A stretch of 64,000 nucleotides of DNA from Thecamonas trahens ATCC 50062 (taxonomy: Eukaryota > Protista > Apusomonadida): NCBI RefSeq assembly GCF_000142905.1, contig NW_013657648.1, positions 62,001 to 126,000 of the forward strand, in the 5' to 3' direction. Positions 34,417 through 46,666 of the stretch are shown one piece after another. Both the position numbers and the translations under genes were made by a program. The notes below the pieces were generated by a model. The model worked only from the letters and a program-made list of their open reading frames with translations. It had not been told where the DNA came from and did not search any database. Position 1 is the first letter of the stretch, and each line of letters begins with the position of its first letter.

Positions 34417-35072
34417 CTACGCATCAAAGTTGATGGTGCTGACCTCGAGCTGCGAGGGCAGGGTGTCCTTGAGACGGGCAGCCTGGTCCGGGTCCACACG
34501 GATGGTGTACAGGTACTTGGAGCAGCGGACCTTGAACTTGACCACGCCACCGACCTTCTTGATGCGGCACTCTATACTCCCTCCACCAGGTGAGTCACTC
34601 GCTCCCTGCCCATACCCCCTTCCCCCCTTCTCCCCCCTCTGTCTCCCCCCCCTTCACAGCCTCCATCACACAAATACGTACTGCGGGCGTCCTTGCGGGC
34701 GGCAATGTGGAGGAACTTCTTGATGCTCTTGATCTCACGGGGCTACACACCGTACCATTGGACACACATACGTACAACCATATTGTGAGTCTCTTTCTCT
34801 CTCCTGCTCCTGCTGCCTCTCGTGCTGTAGCCCCCTTCCCCCCCTGCTGGTCGCTGTCTAGCGGTGGCGAGGCGCAGACAAAAATCAAACTCTCGCCACC
34901 GCCACCCCCATCTACACAGCCTGGCACACCGGTACAGCAAGCACAGACAGGGCGTGGGCATGGCATTACCATGCGGTATGTACAAGCATGCCTTGTGTAC
35001 CGTGTGGCCTTGTCGTGTGTATTCTCCCTCTCTCCCTGACCCCTCCCTTGCTCCCTCCCTGTGCCGTACCAT
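34417..35072 (-). CDS. RPL38: 60S ribosomal protein L38 (exons 35072-35070, 34742-34682, 34571-34417; 72 aa)
   Basis: The spliced product reads [45 protein letters not shown]..., with GT-AG introns in consistent phase. Absent from the ORF track. Confidence 0.93.
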
Positions 35073-35246
35073 GGTGGAACAGATAGACGAGTTGTCCCCC
35101 GTCTGTCTCGCTCCGCCTTGCCATCCATTAATCCGCCCAACAGCCATCCATTAATCGTACGAACGAATGACCGAATCCCTCCGAATGCCTGCCATTCAAC
35201 CAAACCATCGAATGATCGATCATATGAACAAACAAGCGAACAAACG

Positions 35247-35378
35247 AATGAATGAACCAATGAATGCATGAACCAATGAATGCATGAACCAATGAATGCA
35301 TGAACCAATGAATGCATGAACCAATGAATGAAGGAACCAATGAATGAAGGAACCAATGAATGAACCAATGAATGAAGG
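35247..35378. repeat. 16-nt tandem repeat TGAACCAATGAATGCA and variants (8 CCAAT-containing units)
   Basis: Seen directly; an AT-rich island between divergent RPL38 and RINT1. Confidence 0.9.
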
Positions 35379-35535
35379 ATCCCATGCCATTCGGGTGGAC
35401 CAACACCTTATTCATCCTCACCAACAATAATCATATCCATCATGCCATTTATTCCCTCCTCCCTTAAATCCCCAACACTTTCGCACTCTCGCCACTCGGC
35501 CTCCCCTCACTCCCGACGTCACGTCTTCTCAGCTC

Positions 35536-37480
35536 ATGGCTCTGGACGCGAGCTTCCCTACCCTCGATGCNNNNNNNNNNNNNNNNNNNNNNNNNNNNNN
35601 NNNNNNNNNNNNNNNNNNNNNNNNNNNNNNNNNNNNNNNNNNNNNNNNNNNNNNNNNNNNNNNNNNNNNNTCTCGCCCTCGCCGCTCCGCCTCCGCATGC
35701 TGCCGACGCTCCCGCCGCCGAACACGCTGGTGCGTCAGTTCGTCGCGCGCTCGCGGCCCCGCTTGGTGAGCTCATTGCCGTCGACGTGGCGCTAGGCGAG
35801 CTCAGCGTCGCCCGGGGCACCTGCCGTCGGTTCGAGGCACTCCACGCGAGCCGCATGCAGGCAGTCGCGGTCGCGCTGGCAGCCTCGCTCACCGCCGCAC
35901 TGCAGGCTGAGCTCGAGGCCGCCGGGTTCGTGGCGTTTGAGGCCATCACGGCCGCGGACTTGCGTGGCGAGCCTGGATCGAGCCTCGCCCAAGTCGACGC
36001 GCTCCTTGCCGAGGCCGTCGCGCTGCAGGACTTGGTGTCCGGCGTTCCGCCACTTGCCGCCGCGCTCGGCCTCGGGCCGGATGCGCCGCGCGGCGAGCTT
36101 GCCGTCCGCTGGCTCGCGCACCCGCTCAAGATTCGGTTCCACCGCCACTTTCTGGCGCCTGGCTCGGCCACAAACCGGCCGGACAAGCCCGAGTGGATGT
36201 ACGCCCATGTGGCCAAGTGGCTCCGCAAGCACGCGCTCGTTGCCGTCTTTCGCGTCGGCGCCGTGCTTGCGCCCGACGCGCCCGACGGCGTCGCCGCCTT
36301 GCAGGCTACTTTTGCTTCGGTCGTCCTCGAGTGGGTCGCCTTCAAGGTCAACGCCGAGCTCGAGGCCTCGTGGGCCTCGCCAGGCTTCCTCCTTGCCCAC
36401 GCCATCTCCGAGACGCTGGCGTTTGACGAGAGCCTCGACGCGCTGCTCCACACTCCCGCCGCCGCAGACATCCACATCCTCCCATGCTTCTACGCCCACG
36501 AGCGCCGGGTCGAGGCGTGGCTGGCGCTCGAGCGCGACGCTGCCCACGCCGAGCTTGACGCGCTCCTGGCTGGAAGCGACGTGGCGCAGGCGCGGGGCGT
36601 TATCGGCCTCACCAGCGCCCTCCTCGACCGGCTGTACGGCGTCCCGGGCTGCCGTGCCTTTCAGCGCGGCATGGTGGAGCTTGTTGCCCACATCGCCTCC
36701 CGCTACCTCCGCGTCCTTGTTGCCGAGCTCCGTGGCATGATTGGCTCATCGTCACTGGCGCCGGCGCAGTGGTCGCGGGCGGCGACGGTGCTCAACTCGA
36801 TGAAGACCGTCCGCGACGCGCTTGCTGCCGAGGATGACGCTCTCCGCGCGCTGAGCCTGGCCGCGGCACTCGCCGACGGCGCGGCCGCCGACTCGCTCTT
36901 TGGCTCTATTGTCGACGCCTACGCACTCGCCGCCGACTCACAGATCGATTCCCTTGCTGAGAACGTCGAACACACGTTTCACGTCTACACCTCCGGCTAC
37001 CGCCACGCCGCTGCCGATGAGGCCTCGCTGCGGCTTGCGCCGGGCCTCTCGGCGCTCCGCGGCGTGCTCGGCCTTGTCGAGCCAGTCCTCGCCTCGCCAC
37101 TCTTCGAGACCTTTTGCGCCACTGTCGGCGTCCGTCTCGCCCGCTACCTCCTCAAGCATGTTGTGCGCAAGCCGAAGAAGCGCTATACCGCCGCCACCGG
37201 CGCAACCCTCGCCGCCGACATGCGATCGGTTGTCCTCCTCGTCCGTCGCGAGTTCCCCGAGTCACGTCGCGTCGGCGTCGTCTTTGCCCCGCTTCTGCAG
37301 ACCGTCGATCTCCTTGCCCTCCCGCCCGCCGACCTCGCCGAGCTCCGCCAACAGGCCGAAGCCGTCCGCCTCCTCGGCCTCCCCGCCAAAGCCCGGGCCT
37401 TTCTCGAGGTCAACGCCGCCGACGCCATCGGCAGCATCGACGATCTCTTCCGTCTCCTCGAACTCCGTGGCGACGTGTAG
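35536..37480 (+). CDS. RINT1: RINT1/Tip20-family tethering subunit (Dsl1/NRZ complex); 5' part interrupted by a gap
   Basis: IRFHRHF...TNRPDKPEW signature, HAISETLAFDESL, WLALER. Start codon tentative. Confidence 0.8.
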
Positions 37481-37649
37481 CTCCCCCCCCCCCCCCTCTC
37501 TCTCTCTCNNNNNNNNNNNNNNNNNNNNNNNNNNNNNNNNNNNNNNNNNNNNNNNNNNNNNNNNNNNNNNNNNNNNNNNNNNNNNNNNNNNNNNNNNNNN
37601 NNNNNNNNNNNNNNNCCACCCCCCCATACACACACACACACACACACCT

Positions 37650-39737
37650 ATGTCAGACACCTCCGCCCTCTCCTCCCGCCTCGCCGGAGTGCTGGCCCTG
37701 GACCTCGACGCGCCTGCCCTCGCCGCCACCCTCACGGCCTACACGCCGACTTCCCCCACCACCACCACAGCCACACCCGCCACCACCACAACCACGTCCT
37801 CCTCCCCCTCCTTCACCGCCACAGCTCCGGCAAGGGGCCTGCCGCTGGCCGAGGCGCTGCGGTCGCAGCTGGAGAGCGCAGGGTTGGACTCGCTGCGAAG
37901 CTTCCTAGCCGCCCACGCCCCGCTGGAGGAGGAGCTGGACGGGCTCGACGCCGCCATTCGCGCCCTGCATGCCCGGACGGCGGCGACTCAGGCGCGGTAC
38001 CAGGCTGCTGTGGGCGAGACGTCCGGGCTGGTGGCGCGCGCTGGCTCGCTGCAGGCCCAGGCTGCCATCGAAGCCGACAAGGCTACCATTGTCTTGGCCT
38101 TTCTGGCTGCCTATCAGCTCACTCCCGACGAGGAGGCTGCGCTCAAGGCGCCCGCGCTCTCCGAAGCCTTCTTTGCCGCCCTTGACCGTGTCCGCGCCAT
38201 CAAAGCCGCCTGCCACGACGAGCTGCGCCCGGCTCCGTCTCAGCTCGCCGGACTAGAGATCATGGATCAGATGGCGGTGCTGGAGAACGAGGCCTACGAG
38301 CGCCTCTATCGCTGGGTCCAGTCCGAGGGCCGCTCGCTCGACAAGGACGTGGCTGAGATCCCAGACCTGCTCCGCAAGGCTGTGGTCGCGCTCAAGCTCC
38401 GCCCGGAGCTCTTTCAGTGCTGCCTGCAGGAGGTCGCCTCTGCCCGCCACACCGCCGTCGTTCGTGGCTTCCTCGACGCCATCACCCGCGGCGGACCGTC
38501 GGGCATGCCGCGGCCCATCGAAGTTCATGCCCATGACCCGCTCCGCTACGTCGGCGACCTCCTCGCCTGGCTCCACCAGGCTGTCGCCTGGGAGAAGGAG
38601 CTGGTCTCGGTCCTTTTTGCCGGCGCGCCGGCTCCGGCTCCGGCTCCGGCGTCGGCCACCGGCTCGCCTCCGCGCGCCGCGCCCGACGCCGACTTTCTCG
38701 AATCGCCACAGGCTCTACTCGCTCACATCTTCCAGGGCGTCTGCCGGACCTTTCAGGTCCGCTTTGAGCAGTCTCTGGCCCAGCTCGGCGCTGGCTCCGC
38801 CGCTCCTGGCTCCGCCGCTGCCGGCTCCACTGCTGCCGCCCGCGCCGCCGCCCGCTCCTCACCCAAGTCGCTCTCCACCCTCTTCTCGCTCTCGAACCTC
38901 CTCCAGTTTTACACCGTCACGCTCGGCGCCTTCCTCGGCGAGTTTGCGCCGCTGGTCGAGTGCATCGGCGTTTGTCGCGGCCGCGCCGAGGCTCTCTTTC
39001 AGCAGCAGCTCAAGGGTCTCGCCGACGCACTCGTCCACCGCCCACCGTCGGTTCCGTCCTCGCTCCGCCCGCCACCCGTCCTCGACACCACCGTCGCCCA
39101 GCTCTCCGAAGTCATGCTCACCTTTTCCGGATCGCTGGTCCCCGAGGACGAGCGCGAGTCGCAGTTTGCGCCCATCCTCGACCTCGTCCTCCATCCTCTC
39201 ATCAAGGCCTCCACCCTCTCTGCCGTCGCCCTGCAGCCGGCAGACATGGCTGTGTACATGCTCAACTGCCTGGGCCTCATGCACGCTGCCCTCGCAAAGT
39301 ACGCATCCTTTACCGCCCCGGCTCTAGAGCTCGTCACCGGCCAGATGGACGCCCACTTGCACACGCTCGTCGAGGAGCAGGCTCAGTCCATCCTGTCAGG
39401 CTGCGGCGTCCTCAGCAAGCTCGCCGTCGCCCAGGAGCACAATCCAACGACCGCCGGCCCGCTTTCCCGCGTCGACGGCATGGCCCGAGACGACATGGCC
39501 GCCGTCATGCGCGCCTTTGACGCCCTCCTCTCAGCCACCTCTGTCCTCGTCATGCCCGAGGCTGAGCGCCTCGTCGACCCCACCGCTCGCCAGAATGTCC
39601 GCTCACAAGTGGCAGAGTTTATCGCAGACGCCTACGCCCGCATCTACGACGCCGTCTGCGACGCCCGCAACGGCTACGGCAACCCGGCGTCCATCCTCCT
39701 CCACTCGCCCGACGAGATCAAGATCCTGCTCCGCTGA
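37650..39737 (+). CDS. COG6: Conserved oligomeric Golgi complex subunit 6
   Basis: FLAAYQLTPDE, AGLEIMDQM..AYERLYRW, FLDAITRGGPSGMPRPIEVHAHDPLRYVGDLLAWLHQA, VYMLNCL. Confidence 0.95.
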   Translation: MSDTSALSSRLAGVLALDLDAPALAATLTAYTPTSPTTTTATPATTTTTSSSPSFTATAPARGLPLAEALRSQLESAGLDSLRSFLAAHAPLEEELDGLDAAIRALHARTAATQARYQAAVGETSGLVARAGSLQAQAAIEADKATIVLAFLAAYQLTPDEEAALKAPALSEAFFAALDRVRAIKAACHDELRPAPSQLAGLEIMDQMAVLENEAYERLYRWVQSEGRSLDKDVAEIPDLLRKAVVALKLRPELFQCCLQEVASARHTAVVRGFLDAITRGGPSGMPRPIEVHAHDPLRYVGDLLAWLHQAVAWEKELVSVLFAGAPAPAPAPASATGSPPRAAPDADFLESPQALLAHIFQGVCRTFQVRFEQSLAQLGAGSAAPGSAAAGSTAAARAAARSSPKSLSTLFSLSNLLQFYTVTLGAFLGEFAPLVECIGVCRGRAEALFQQQLKGLADALVHRPPSVPSSLRPPPVLDTTVAQLSEVMLTFSGSLVPEDERESQFAPILDLVLHPLIKASTLSAVALQPADMAVYMLNCLGLMHAALAKYASFTAPALELVTGQMDAHLHTLVEEQAQSILSGCGVLSKLAVAQEHNPTTAGPLSRVDGMARDDMAAVMRAFDALLSATSVLVMPEAERLVDPTARQNVRSQVAEFIADAYARIYDAVCDARNGYGNPASILLHSPDEIKILLR

Positions 39738-39747
39738 ACTCCTCTCG

Positions 39748-42208
39748 CTACGTGCCAGCCAGGTACGCTTCCAACAGCGCCAGCTCGTCTTGGCCCACTA
39801 CGTCGCGGAGGAGTTGCACCACTGCCTCGGTGCTCATCCGATGCTCGCCGTCGACCTCCCGGCCGTGCTCCTGCACCAGCACATGCGCCTCAGACTCGGT
39901 CATGCCGAGCTCGGTCACCACCTCGGCGAGCTCGTCACCGGAAAACGAGCCGCGGCCCTCGTAGTCAAACTCGTTCAAAATGTCCCTCAGCCGTCCACGC
40001 TCCGCCATCGCCGCAGCCACAGCGCCCGCCAGATGCGGCAGCGTCTCGTCGTCCACAACAGAGCCCATCACCCCCTCCAGCTTGTTGATCGCCACCGTCT
40101 CGGCGCCTTGCATCATGATACGCGCAAGGCTCTTGGCTCCTGCTGCGTCGCCGTCGCACACCACTCGCGTCAGCTCCAGCAACTCGGCGTAGCCTAGCTC
40201 GCCAGTGGATCCTATGTCGACAAGTTCCAGCACTGAGCGCAGCGTCTCCGCCTCGGGCGCAGCGTCCGAAATCCGTCGCACTGCCTCGGGCGATAACCGC
40301 TCCACCAGCTCGGCGTGAAGCTGCACAACCGACGCATTCTCGCCGACTGCGTCCACCACTTGCGCTTGCCCAGCCCCATCACCCGGCATGGCTGCCTCGA
40401 GGACCATAGCCATCGCGCTCGCATCCAGCCGCCCGTTGCAGAGCGGATCAAACGCCTCCAGCGCGCCAAGCAGGTCGCGCGAGACCTGCGCCTCGCGCGC
40501 CCGGTCCTCGTCGACCTCGTCGTCCGAATCTTCGTCCGAAAACTCGACGTGGGGCGACGTCGAGAGCGTCCGCACCAGTACGGGTGCACTGCGGGCAAGC
40601 GCAGCGAGCTCAACTGGCCCAACATGGGCCTCTAGCGCGCGAGAGAGCTCGTCAATATCGGCCCGGCCGACCCCCGCCGTCAGCTGCTGTGCGAGTTGGT
40701 CGCCACCCTCGTCGCCGAGAATCGTCTGCGCCAGCGCGAGCGTGGTCGCCACATCAAACGAGCCGATGCTCTGAGGATCGTAGGCGCGGAGCACATCCGC
40801 CACCGTCGCTTCTGTTGGCAGCGACGCCGCCTTGGCCGCAAGCGCTTCCAGCAGCTGTGGCGTCATCTGCGGGGCGAGCACAACCGCGAGCTCGGTGGCA
40901 CCCACACTCGCGCCGTTGTCGTTATCGAGCGAGTCGAGGAGAAGCCCGGCGTGGTCGGCGTCGCCAGAGCACGCAATGGTGCAAATAGTCTGCTGCGCGG
41001 CGCGGGTAAACGTACCATCACGCTTCGCAAACCGACACAAGACCTGCTCCAGCGTCAGAGACTCCTCCGCCGCGGCTTGAGCCGCGTCGTCGTCCGATGT
41101 CACGTCGACTACATCCACCAGGTCACTGCTGGAAGACTCGCCTTCCGTGTCCTCATCGGCGCTAGACTTGTCGTCGTCATCGTCGTCGGTGGTGCTGATG
41201 TCAGGATCGCCATCACTGTCACTCGCGTCTTCCAGCTCGACCACATCACTGGTCTTGCCTCTGCTGCCAGCAGTCAGTTCCGGGTCAGAGTGCGAGATCG
41301 GACCGACACCACGGGTGACGGCCAGTGCAAGCTCATCAAGAATGGCCGGCGTGATCTGGGCGTCTAGAACGGCTGCAAGCTCATGCAGATCAACAGGCTC
41401 GCCGTCTTCGCCCAGCGAGTCGACAAGGAGCTGCGCGTAGTCCTCGTCGCCGCCGCACACAATAGTGCAGATGGTCGGCAGCGCAGCGAGCGGGACGGTG
41501 TTCTTGCTCCCAAACCGGGCCAGGACGCCTTCCAGTGAGACCGGTGTGTCGTCATGGTCGGGCAGGGGCGAAACAATGGTCTCGGGTCCAACTCCTGTCG
41601 CTGCCGCCGCCTGCGCCATCAGTGCATTAAGGATGTCCGGCGTGACCTGCGCCTCAAGCACAGCCGCAAGCTCGTCTGGATCCACAGCCTCGCCGCTCTC
41701 GGCCAGTGAGTCGACCAGCAGCTCGGCGTAGTCGGCATCGCCGCCGCACACAATGGTGCAGATGGTCGGCAGTGCATCAAGCGGGACCGCCGACCCGTCG
41801 CAGAACTGCGCCAGAACACTCACGAGGTCTGTCGCAACCGGCGCCGACTGCGGCTCGCTCACCACGTGCGGCGCAAACGCCGCCGCCTCGTCTTCGTCCA
41901 GCACCCGGATGTCCTCGTCCGACGAGTACACCGAGTCAACCATAACCACCGCCAGCTCGGTCGGCGGCTGCGCAGCCTCTGCCTGCATCTCGTCGTCGAG
42001 ATCAATTACCAACATCGAGCCTGACGACTCACCGCCAACCGAGATCGTTGACCCACCATCGCTGTCATAAGCATCCGCGTTGCTATGCAGCCCTGTCAAC
42101 GGAGAAAACGGTTCTGGATCGACAATGCCGGCGAGCGCAGCCTCGAGCTCTGAGTCAAGGTCGTCGTCGTCGTCGTCATCGTAATCGTCATCGTCGTCGT
42201 CGTCGTCG

Positions 42209-42243
<35 letters not shown>

Positions 42244-42888
42244 GTAATCGTCATCATCGTCGTCGTCATTATCGTCATCGTCATCGTCATCGTCCTCTTC
42301 GAACAGTACAGCGTCCACGCTGCCAGGACCGCCGACTCCGGAGCCAAGCCAAGCAAAGCCACCAACTGGACAAATCCGCTGGTGGGCACGAGCCGCAGCA
42401 CGGGAATCACGGACAAGCTGCTGCAGGCGCCTGATCTCCGCCTTGAGCACATCGACCGAGTCCGAGGCCCAGACCTCGGCGCTGACGAGCTCGACTTCGG
42501 AGCTCGATTCGGGAGAGACCACCGACGAGACAGCTGATCCGCTTGGTGAAGCCGATGACGCCCGCGAGCTCACATACTGCGCGCGGCGAACAGCAGCAGC
42601 ACGGCCCATGATCCTATCGGCCTGAGCCAAGACGCCTGCCACCGACGACGATGAGTACACTCTGCGGGCAAGAGCTGGAGAGCCTGTCGCCAGAGCACTA
42701 GCCCTTCCAGCAGCTAGAGCCACGTGCCCGGAAGAAATACGCTGCCTGCGCGAGGCAGACACGGCCGCACCCATTGACGACGACGACGACAGTCTGCGGG
42801 AGATCGAGGTTGACGAGCCAGTGCGGACAGCATGGACCGAACGGACAGACTGGACAGTTCGGACCGAGTACCCATGCTCACCACCCAT
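39748..42888 (-). CDS. Acidic protein with a poly-Asp tract and about 7 degenerate EF-hand-pair-like repeats
   Basis: Long open frame. Three close repeats (VLAxF..TICTIxCxGDxDxAxLLxDSL..ELAxVL) and four EF-like loops (YDPQSIGSFD, FDPLCNGRLD, VDIGSTGELG, FDYEGRGSFS). Start uncertain because of the gap upstream. Confidence 0.65.
42160..42296. repeat. (TCG/TCA)n trinucleotide tract encoding poly-Asp
   Basis: Seen directly. Confidence 0.9.
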
Positions 42889-43354
42889 GACGACACCGGT
42901 GTCCGCCAGAGCAAAGCAAAGAGGGGTGAGAGGGGTGGTAGGGGTAGGGGTAGGGGTAGGGGCAGTGGAGGACGGGGGGGGGGGGGAGTNNNNNNNNNNN
43001 NNNNNNNNNNNNNNNNNNNNNNNNNNNNNNNNNNNNNNNNNNNNNNNNNNNNNNNNNNNNNNNNNNNNNNNNNNNNNNNNNNNNNNNNNCCCCCCCACCC
43101 CACACACACACACTATCAGATCTGGTTTGGTACGTAAACTGAACATATTCAGCAATCTCTCCCCATCCCTTCCCATCCCTTCCCCCTTCTCACCCTCCCC
43201 TCCCCCCTCCCCCCCCCCACCACACACACTCGAGCTCATCACCCTTGCCAATGCCTTCAGCACAGCAGTGCTGATCAACCGCCAGCTGGCGAAAGTGATC
43301 ATTCCCCACCACCACCCCCACCTGTCCCGACCTCCACACAGCCAACTCACAGCC

Positions 43355-46300
43355 ATGCACACCCTCACACTGTGCTGTTTGGTGGTACTGGTGCTTGCAT
43401 GCCCAGCTCTGGCTACACTCAACATTCATATGGTACGCCTTTGGCCAATGGTCCTCGGTCCTTGGCGGCAGGAACAAGGTCCGGGCGCACCTGTTGGCTG
43501 CACGCCTTTTTGACGGCTTTTTCTGCACTTGCCGTCGCGTCCAACACAACCATCTACCAGCGACGAGGCCTTTTCTTCCCACTCCCTGATGTTCGTCTGA
43601 GTTCCTTTACAATGATGACCCTTCTTTGCTTGCCAAGGCCTGGTGTGCGCACCTCCATAGCTTGCACGCATCGCCTGCTCTGCATCTCACGCCTGGTCTC
43701 CTTCTCTTGCAGATCTGCCACACCCATGACGATGTGGGGTGGCTCAAGACGGTGGACGAGTACTATATGGGAGCCAACTCGTCGATCCAGCTGGCAGGCG
43801 TGCAGTACATTCTCGACTCGGTGATGCCTGCGCTGGAGGCGAAACCGGAGCGCAAGTTCATCTACGTCGAGCAGGCCTTTTTCCGCATCTGGTGGTCGCA
43901 GCAGGACGCGGCGATGAAGGCCCGGGTCCGCAAGCTGGTCGCCGACGGTCAGCTCACCTTTGTCGAAGGAGGCGACGTTATGCCTGACGAAGCCAACCCG
44001 ACGTTCTCCGACTGGGTCGACGCCCTCACCCGCGGCCAGCGGTTCCTGCTCGACGAGTTTGGGCCCGAGGCCTCGGTCGCCTCGTCGCAGGTCCTGTGGC
44101 AGATCGACCCGTTCGGCCACTCGCGGACCGTGGCGCTTGCCGCTGCGCTTGGTGGCGCCAACATCGGCGTCCTCGGCCGCATCGACTACCAAGACATGGC
44201 TCATCGCGAATCAACCAAGCGCATGGAGTTTGTGTGGAAGACCTCGCCGTCGCTGGCGAGCATGGGTCCCACCGCCGATCTCTTTACCCTGAAAACCTTC
44301 AACGGCTACGGCCCGCCCGATGGGTTCTGCTTTGACGTCGTGTGCGACGCGCCGCCGATCCAGGCTGATCCGCTCCTCGAGGACGTGAACATCAAGGAGC
44401 GCGCCGACGCCTTTGTCGCCGCCGCCAAGAACTGGGCCTCCGTCTATACCTCAAACAACGTCATGATGACCATGGGCTCGGACTTTCAGTACCAGGCCGC
44501 CAACATGTGGTTCAAGAACCTCGACCTACTCATGGGCTACATTCAGGACAACGCCGCCGCCTACGGCGTCGACATCTTCTACTCGACACCACAAAACTAC
44601 GCCGCGTATGTCCACGCTGCCAATCTCACCTACACGTACAAGACCGATGACTTTTCCCCTACGCCGATGCGCCCGCCGCGTACTGGTCTGGCTACTTTAC
44701 CTCGAGGCCGGCACTCAAGCGCTACGTCCGCTCCAACTCGGCCTATCTCCGCCTCTCGCGCCAACTCGAGGCTGCAGCCATGGCAGCCTCGCCATCGGGC
44801 CCGGTCGGCTCTACCGACGGTCTCTGGGACGCGGTCTCGGTCCTGCAGCACCACGATGCCGTGGCCGGAACCGAGAAGCAACACGTTGCCAACGACTACG
44901 CCAAGCAACTCTACATCGGCCACGCCCACGCCGACGCCCTCACCTCGGACGCCCTCGCCCGCCTCACCGAGCGTTCGTACTCGGGCCTCGTCTTTGACCA
45001 GTGTCGCCAGGCCAACGTATCTATCTGCGCCGCCACTCAGGGCGTGCCTGCCCGCGACGGGCCGGGCGTCGTCGTCGTCCTCTACAACCAGCTCGCCACG
45101 GCCACCAGTGTTTGGCACCGCCTCCCAGTCGACTCGACCGAGTGGGCGGTGGTCAACGCTACCTCGGCTCCGGTTCCGGCCCAGATCGTGGTCAACCCGC
45201 CGCCGCTCCCCGGCCGGCCGACTGCCTCCAAGTACACGCTGGTCTTCCACGCCGCAGACCTCCCGCCGATGGGCTATGCCACCTTCTTTCTGGTGCCTGC
45301 TTCGTCGGCGGCGCCGGCGGCTACGCTCGCTGCCCGCGCCGATGGCCCGCCGAATCCGGTAGGCAACGCTCACTTTGAGCTTACCTTCAGATCCGACGGC
45401 CTCCTGGCGGCATACACTGACAAGGCGCGCGGGCGGACAACCAAGCTTGTCCAGCGGCTGGCGTACTACAATGCTTCCGCTGGCGGCGAACAGCCTCATC
45501 CGCCGGTTCTCAACGAGTTCCAGGCCTCGGGGGCGTACATCTTCCGACCCAACTCGTCGGCGCTGTTCTCTACCGGGCACGCCGCCGGAGCCGACATCTC
45601 GGTCCAGAACGGCCCCTTTGGCGTCGAGATCCTTCAGCGCTTCTCCGACTGGGCCTACCAGCAGATCTTTGTCTACGCTGGCGAACTCGCACCTACCGTC
45701 GAGTACACCATCGGTCCGGTGCCCATTGCCGATGCCGACGGTAAGGAGGTGGTCACCGTCTTTGCCTCGGAGCTCGACTCGGGTGCTAACTGGCACTCGG
45801 ACGCCAACGCCCGCGAGATGATCGCCCGCCGTCGCAACTACCGTGCCACCTGGCAGCTCAACTGCACCCAGGCCATCGCATGCAACTACGTCCCTGTCAA
45901 CACTGCAATGTACCTTGAGGATGACGCGGCGCGCCTCACCCTTGTCACTGACCGCTCCAACGGCGGCTCGTCCATGGCGTCTGGCGAGCTGGAGCTCATG
46001 ATCCACCGTCGCTTGCTCTTTGATGACGCGCGCGGCGTCGGCGAAGCCCTCAACGAGACTGGCATCACTGGCAACGGCCTCATCATCCGGGCCCGCCACA
46101 TGTTCCACGTCGGTAGCCCCGAGTCTGGTGCCGACTTTCAGCGCCCGGCCGTTGCTCGCATCACCTACGAGCCGACCGCTTTCTTCGCCCCGCTCACGGG
46201 AACGCCCGCCGAGTGGGCCGTCGCTCATCGCACGGCCTGGTCCGGCCTCTCCGCCCCGTTTCCGCCCAACGTCTTCCTCCAGACCCTGCAGCTCCTTGAT

Positions 46301-46666
46301 CCAACCACCGTCCTCCTCCGCCTCTCGCATCGATACGCGCTCGGTGAGTCGGCCAAGTGGTCGCGCCCAGCCACCGTCAACACCACTGGCCTTTTCACCG
46401 CCTTTTCCATCACCGCATGGACCGAGCTCGCACTCACCGCCAACCAGCCTGTCGCCAACCTTCGCTCTCGGTTTGTCTGGAACTCATCCGGCGGGCCCGA
46501 AGCTGCCGTCGCTTCGCCACTGCACAGCGCCGTCAACCGTGCTTCTCCGTTCCGGCCCTCGCCGCATCGCCCAGATCGCGGCTACGGCACGGGCCCCTCA
46601 GTCGAGCTCCTCCCCATGGAGACCCGCACCTTTGAGCTCGTTGTCGAGTGGAAGCATGAGGCCTAA
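43355..46666 (+). CDS. MAN2B1: Lysosomal alpha-mannosidase, GH38 (exons 43355-43432 and 43713-46666; 1-nt frameshift near 44653)
   Basis: Signal peptide; spliced [37 protein letters not shown]; restored DDFFPYAD..YWSGYFTSRP; QHHDAVAGT; ELMIHRRLLFDDARGVGEALNE. About 1010 aa. Confidence 0.93.
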
